In this document: positions 56,801 through 64,000 of the stretch, piece after piece
Layout of the letters: each line of letters starts with the position of its first letter
How positions within the stretch are numbered: position 1 is the first letter of the stretch
Assembly: GCF_964204645.1 (NCBI RefSeq)
Contig: NC_134025.1
Location: 30,298,299 to 30,362,298 of the forward strand
Source of the DNA: Tubulanus polymorphus
Taxonomy: Eukaryota > Animalia > Nemertea
Length of the DNA: 64,000 nucleotides
Direction: 5' to 3'
Translations under genes and position numbers: made by a program
The notes under the pieces: model-generated
Told to the model about the DNA's origin: nothing
Database searches by the model: none
The model's input: only the letters and a program-made list of their open reading frames with translations

Positions 56801-58170
56801 GTGTCTATAGTTTCAGAGATCTGTCCTGCGTACGTTACGATGTGGTCCCTAAACTAGGTTTTTAGAATGCTCATAAAGTGAATGGTAGTTAACGTGGAGC
56901 AGTTTCTGAGTGCGTCGCTGATTAACTAACAATTTCCATTCAGATTATTACCTTGTAAAATAACAATAAAATGATAACACGAGGAAGCTCTTCATTTAGA
57001 GAGGGAGAGAGGGGAATAGAACTCATTATTTAGAGACAGAGGGAAAGAGTAGATAGACTGAGGAATAGAGATGAAAAAAGTTGTTCATTCAGAAAGAACA
57101 GAGAGGAGAGAGAGAGGAGGCAAACAAGAGGAGAAAGGGAAGAGGCAGGAGGCAAGAGAGAGGAGAATGGGAAGAGGCAGGACAGAAGACGATGAGGAAG
57201 GAAGCAAGAGAAAGAGAGAGGAAAGAGGGAGATTTGTATCTTAACTGATACCGGTCTATGTACAACCTACGAGCAATCACGAGATGATTGCTCGTAGGTC
57301 TGACATTGTTTCAGCCATTGACTTTACGAATAAGATAGAACGGATGCTGAATTGGATAAGACGATGAAATATTTCAAAAGATTTAATCATCAAACTATGT
57401 CGGTGTATTTGATGGATCATGCACTGCGTCGGTGTCGTCGGTTGTTCTGGGGAGTTTTGCGTAACTGATTCGATGTTTTTAATCAGTTTCGGAAATCTGT
57501 ACAGATTCACCTCGTTCCCGTAGTTACGGCTTTAATGCATTGTTATCGAGATCAGGCGGTAAAAACGTGAAAATTGAATTTGCATGAGTTCCCTCTCGAG
57601 AATTCATCGTTCTAGTTCACTGTTTCACTGTGTGTATGTGTGACTGGTGTCCAGTGATTATAGTCGTCTTGTTGTTAATGTCGATCGTAAAACCGACCAC
57701 TGGGGTAATCCCAGTCAACATCGTCATACATCTCTGCGTTATTTACTACGTCATAAACGCACCACTAACAATGATCATCGCGCGTAGATTTGCCGACTTT
57801 GGTTTTTATGCTAAGTGAACATCGCACACAAGTGCATCGTCGTTCCCTGTACGTATATCAGTGATTTAGATTTCAGTTGAACCTAATAAAGTCGTCATCC
57901 GATAAGCGTCAGTCACATTACTGAAAAGTTTTCTCTTAAGGATAACAACAATCAGAAATGTTAAGTATAGTTCATGATTAGTAAGTGTTAAAATCTTGCC
58001 AAGTTGACAATTTTAGTTTGATAGACTGTTGAGCACATAGTTCCAGTTCTCCATCAAGAATGTTTATTATGTGGTTTTTATTATGCTAATGTTTATGATT
58101 TATGTTTGTCTACTGAGTGATTGTAGTTGCCAGCCCGTGAATTCATCACCTGTCTCTCTGTTTTCTGGTC

Positions 58171-58173
<3 letters not shown>

Positions 58174-58255
<82 letters not shown>
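58174..58255. repeat. (CT)n microsatellite
   Basis: Directly visible. Confidence 0.97.
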
Positions 58256-58259
<4 letters not shown>

Positions 58260-59465
58260 TGCCTCTGGTTTATTATTTATATCATTCATAGTTCGTCAAT
58301 CATTTTGTTAATTTTTTTCTTTATAGCCGTTCGTTTTTTATTAGCTCTGATAGTTTATTGTTGCCGATGACGATGACGACCACAGACTCATGAATATATT
58401 TCCACTATATTTATAGTTTCATTCTACACTCTCCCCATTAATACTATTACTGATTCACATATCTTTAAATTCATGGGCTCAATATCTTATTGGGCTGTTC
58501 AGCTTATATACACTTTTTCGCATATTCAACCCTTCCAGCACTACTAGATTGAGGCTGTATAAATTAGTATTAATTGACTTTGAAATGAGCAGCATTCGTA
58601 TCCCTGAATTCTAACCTGGGGCTCAACATCAGTAAGTTGGGTGGACTGGCCGGCTGGTTAGTTTGTGGACTGGATGGTGCTGATTCGGCTGAAGATTTAT
58701 GACCTCATGTTGATAATTAATTTCACGATCATCAGCTCGTCGTCGTCGTCGTTGAAGCTAAAGACGATGGTGAGAAGCTTTCAAACTGGCCCCATGTTCA
58801 TCTAATTGATAAATATCGATTTGAGTCTTATGCAAATTGTGATCAATAACTGTAGCGTTGCACAGCACAACACTCAAAGTCTTCATCTTCAACTCACGAT
58901 CAAAATCATTATTTCTCACAGTTTTATCGTAATAATTGTTGTTGTTATTTGTTAATTGTGTATTTGATTGATTTTCGTCCGCCAGATGTCTGTTTTCCTG
59001 CATGGAAAAATTCAAAACATTTGACAGCTTCATTCACACTGCGTTATTTGTAGAACATCTCTGGAACGGACCCAGCGTTCACTCTGGCCAAAAGTCTGTT
59101 CTAGATTGGTCTGTTCCATTTTAGAATGAACGAGTTGAGCCTGACCAAAATGACTGATCCAGGATAATTCTAAATTTTAGAACGGTCCATTTCTCTGTGT
59201 ATGAATAGAAACTATGACCTGTTAATCGCAGTGTCGCGTCTAGCTGGACCAGTGAAAATAGCTGATGACTTGTGTGAATCCATTCTGAATTGGTCCATCC
59301 AGGTACGGGTCAAATTAGGAAATCGTACTAACTACCATAGTGAAAGTGTGTACACTGCTTTAGAGAGTTTGGTTCTATGATTTGAGTTAGAGTTATTATT
59401 TGACCTGAAATGAGTTAACGCATTTTTCACTAACACGTTTTATGATGATATGTAAGACAGGTGTG

Positions 59466-59572
<107 letters not shown>

Positions 59573-60159
59573 GCTATTTTCAAAATTATGTAATACCGCA
59601 TTACTATATAAATATTATAGATTCCATTAGTGATGATGATATCATCTCTACAGAGACCGGGAGACGAGATATTATAGATTATCAGCATTATTGATATAAT
59701 ATCAGAGAGATTACTTACATACACATGTACTTCAGAGATTCTTATCTCTTACACATGTTCCACTCATTAAAATTCTATAAATTCTATTTTCGTTTATTTT
59801 TTTTTCATTGAAATTTTCAAACCGATAAAATACGCAGTTACGTATCATCGTACGTCGCTATGGTAACGTTTTAAGTTAGTATTATTCAATATTTGAATTT
59901 AGGCGTTTAATTATCTATACATTAACAATGTAAGAGGTTGAAGGAGAATCAGGTCGGGGGGGGGTGGAGTTTCCTGGATAAACATCTAGAAGATTCAGTA
60001 TTCGTATGTTTGTCATTGCAGACAAACATCTGGATCACTTACATTCAGTTGATGATTTTAATTGAATTTCTGTCAAATTTCACTTGATGAATCGGTTTAA
60101 TATTGAATGATTTTTATCTGTATTTGATTTGTCGAGACATGTTTGAGTTTTTAGTACCC

Positions 60160-60450
60160 GAATTCAGACTGTAAAACCAGAATTCAGACTTTCATACCAG
60201 TAGTCAGACTTTCATACCAAAGTTCAGTCTGTAATACCAGAATTCAGACTTTCATACCAGTATCAAACTGTAATACCAGTATCAAACTGTAATACCAGAA
60301 TTCATACTGTAATATCAGAATTTAGACTGTGATACCATAGTTCAGTCTGTAATACCAGTAGTTAGTCTGTAATACCAGAAGTCAGACTGTGATACCAGTG
60401 CTTTGTTCTGTAATACCAGAGTTAAGATTGTAATATCAGTATTCACACTG
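60160..60450. repeat. Degenerate ~20-bp minisatellite (CAGAATTCAGACTGTAATAC)
   Basis: About 14 diverged tandem copies. Confidence 0.9.
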
Positions 60451-61109
60451 TATAGTAAACATGTGTTATGATATTGAATATTTGATCCATGAATTCCTGT
60501 CTGGAATTTAAAAAATTCATCAAATATTCAAACTCAATTTCTTGTTCTCATTGATTTGTAAAGATATCTCAGTGTTTCTTATTCGTAAGATTGAAACTCT
60601 TCATATGCACTAAACATCTGTTATTGAAGACGCCTTCTATGAAGAGATGTGACTGGTGCCCCCAGACTGAGATGTATAAATCTCTTGCTGGGAACGAACA
60701 AAATCGCGAGCCACGCATGAAAGTAAATCTGATTTTTGTAGGCATTGATTTTTAACAGCTGATGTAAGCTGTCAATATTAGGACTGAATTTCTATAGATT
60801 CTGACAATGTTTTATTACGGGACACATGTTTAAAAAAAAACCCACGTAACAAAAGAATTTTATAGATTTTGCAGCAATGAAAAACAATACGGCTATTTCC
60901 GTACAATGCGTATTCATATAAATTGTAAAGAAAAAGTTTTATTTCGATATCCAAACAGTTGTGCATGGGACGTATAGGTTCAGTTGTACAGTCACAAATC
61001 AAACAAATCATGAGGGAAAATTTCGATGTGCTTCATGGAATCACCCTTGTGATATGCAGTTTATGAGTAACTGACCCTTCACGGTGTAACTGTGGTATTA
61101 TGTGATATT

Positions 61110-61769
61110 TGGTGTAACTGTGGTATTGGTGTAACTGTGGTATTGGCGTAACTGTGGTATTGGTGTAACTGTGGTATTGGCGTAACTGTGGTATTGGTGT
61201 ATTGGTATAACTGTGGTATTGGAATAACTGTGGTATTGGTGTTACCGCAGTATTGGTGTAACTGTGGTATTGGCGTAACTGTGGTATTGGTATAACTGTG
61301 GTATTGGTGTAACTGTGGTATTGGTGTAACTGTGGTATTGGTGTAACTGTGGTATTGGCGTAACTGTGGTATTGGTGTATTGGTATAACTGTGGTATTGG
61401 TATAACTGTGGTATTGGTGTTACCGCAGTATTGGTGTAACTGTGGTATTGGCGTAACTGTGGTATTGGTATAACTGTGGTATTGGTGTAACTGTGGTATT
61501 GGTGTAACTGTGGTATTGGTGTAACTGTGGTATTGGTGTAACTGTGGTATTGGCGTAACTGTGGTATTGGTATAACTGAGTATTGGTGTAACTGTGGTAT
61601 TGGTGTAACTGTGGTATTGGTGTAACTGTGGTATTGGTGTGATTGTGGTATTGGTGTAACTGTGGTATTGGTGTAACTTATATTGGTGTAACTGTGGTAT
61701 TGGTGTAACTGTGGTATTGGTGTAACTGTGGTATTGGTATAACTGTGGTATTGGTGTAACTATGGTATT
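61110..61769. repeat. 17-bp minisatellite GGTGTAACTGTGGTATT with higher-order structure
   Basis: More than 35 tandem copies; variant units recur with a 178-bp period. Confidence 0.96.
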
Positions 61770-64000
61770 TTGTAATATTCGTTATATTATCAGTTGATAA
61801 ATGGTCTCGTATTCTGAGAATAGAATCTGATGATTTAAACGTATGAACGTATGGGATTTTGTAGTAATCCTGGTTGTTACCAGACTGCTGTAGATTAGTC
61901 TGAATTGTGTTGTAGCCGTTCGGGCTTTGCCTGCTAATTTATCAATCTGGTACGCTTCATCAAGCGACGACCAAATCAGATTTACCCGAACCCCAACGTT
62001 CTGTATGCGTAATACGTTTGTTGGTATGATTCGTTCTAACTCGGTTATCCGGAGACAAACAGAAGATGAACAAGATGAAACAGTGATCATCATCGGCCGC
62101 TGCTGCTGCTGCTGCTGCTGCTGGGACTTGCGCTGTTTCAGATGTAGATGCAGCAGAGCTTTTACATCACTTGATCTAAATATATCAATTCTTATTAATA
62201 ACATTATCAAAACTATTAATAAATTTGGGCCATTGATTCTTGAGTATTCTTAGGCACGGGCCGAATATAGCCCTGGTAAAACTGGCCCGGACCAGACCTG
62301 AGTCTAGTTTGCTAGAGAGCGCACTCATCACTCACTAACTAATATACTATCAAAATGAAGCTGTGGTAAGCGAGGACGCCTCCAGGACTCGCATGCAAAT
62401 TGCATTAAAATTTGACACAGGACTGGTGGGATGTTTTCGGTCGGGTGTGGTCCGTTAAATGCTCGTTTGGTTGAGGCTATTCCCAGTTTTAGGTGATGAA
62501 TAAACTGGTGACAGTGCGTGAATCGTAGTTTGATGTCGCTCATTATGATGTATTAGATCATATCAAATGAGAGGATTTGTTAGGTAGATAATAGAATAAG
62601 ATAAATTGAATTTATACTGACCGCTGCTGCTGCTGCTGCTACTGCTGTCATGCTGACTACATTGATTTTGTCTCGCTCTGTCTAACATTGCCAGCTACTC
62701 AATAGCTTTCTTACATCCTGAAAGCTCAATTTTCTAATGCTGCCGAGATGTACTACGGCACGAAGTCTAAGCCATACCTAATATGGGTATACCGTGCACA
62801 ATCTGAGCATCTTCATTTCCTTAAAAATGTCTGTTATCTTTTTTATGACGACGATGATGAAATAAGACAGTTTCAGTGATTGGAATAGAACAGAATTTTT
62901 TCTTATTCAAAGTTACTTGCGCCTTGCTTGGTAGCATTGGGACCATTGTAAATATTGAGAATCAGGGAATTCGGAAGTGTTGGGACTGCTGTAAATATTT
63001 CACCGTGTTAAGAATCAGTGAAATAGAAGAGTCTTCCAAAAAAAATTGAGTAAAATGTACTGACTTGACTACTGCTGAGTTGTCTTGTACTGAGAAGAGC
63101 AAATCTGAGTAAAACAAATCTTAACAATGTCTTTTTTCGGTACGAGACATTTTCATTGATTAGATACGTATGATTAGACTCCAAGTAAGACACAGAATGA
63201 TTCATTTCTCTTGCTCCCACTCAGGGGGCAGTTTCTGAATACAGTGACGCGTAACATGAAAGACCAACCCCCGACATTCTGTCGTTATAACTAGAAACAT
63301 TGATACATGCGATGAATCGTAAATTAGTTTAAATGGCTTTGAAGAGTCAATTTACGTAACGGTTCAATGGTTTACTGCAAATACTGTATGTATTGAAATT
63401 GATTTCTGAGTAAGCTTGATTTATCCAAACGATCTTTTTCTGTTTTATGGTTGTAAATGTTCAGATTTTTCATTCAATGAATTTTCTCTGAATTTGGTAT
63501 AAACTGTAGCGTTTACACTACATTACTTAGAACCGTTCTTAATTGAGTTTGTTCCGATTTCGAACAGACCGTTTTAGTTCATACTAGTGAATAGTCCTCT
63601 TCAAGTTTCATTTTTGAGAACGGACCATTTATCTGTGTGCAAATAGAAACTGCTATAATTGCCTGTCAATCACAGTGTTGCCTCTGTGATAAAAACATGT
63701 GTGAACGCACCCATTGATTTGGTCCGTTCTAAATTGGTCCGTTTGAGTAAGACTAGTATGGACTAACTAGTGATAGTACGAACGCAGATGTAGACACTTC
63801 GAACGATCTGTTTCTTTTCGTCGTGGCCTTCAGAATTCAATCTCAGTTCATCATCTCTTTCCTCTAAATACTTCTCTAAAACGGAAAATGTTTGTAATAA
63901 GTGAGACGAATTGGAGTAATAAAGTTTAAGCGAATGAGACCAATCTCTCTCAGGGGTTTATCAGTGGTTCACGTCATTCTATGCGGATGACAGTTGTTAA

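Noticed and set aside
61110-61769. Regular short repeats (also 55664-56090 and 60160-60450) as a possible CRISPR array
   Set aside because: Units are directly tandem with no unique spacers, there are no cas genes, and the context is eukaryotic.

Overview
Eukaryotic, AT-rich, intron-rich animal genomic DNA, probably an invertebrate; a lophotrochozoan-like origin is inference only. No prokaryotic system is present. I assembled four complete spliced genes by hand from GT-AG boundaries, each with a CDS length divisible by 3. (1) A vertebrate-type (type II, repressor-class) cryptochrome, minus strand, 474-3957, 11 coding exons, 549 aa. (2) A head-to-head C2H2 zinc-finger gene with 17 fingers, plus strand, about 5419-12621. 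(3) SOBP (sine oculis-binding protein), plus strand, 14629-31818, 799 aa. (4) MTRES1/C6orf203, minus strand, 34175-36807, 237 aa. These are followed by a decayed peptide-type GPCR (about 37.6-38.3 kb) and the probable 5' end of a large plus-strand gene whose only visible coding exon encodes a signal peptide (52829-52913). The rest is intronic or intergenic, with MITEs, a tRNA-derived SINE, a Gypsy RT relic, and mini/microsatellites. Most notable: SOBP-MTRES1 linkage matching human 6q21, a clock-element-like cluster (E'-box, D-box-like, RORE) in the CRY/ZNF divergent promoter, and a 721-bp near-perfect palindrome centred on (AT)n. I found no convincing wholly new biological system.
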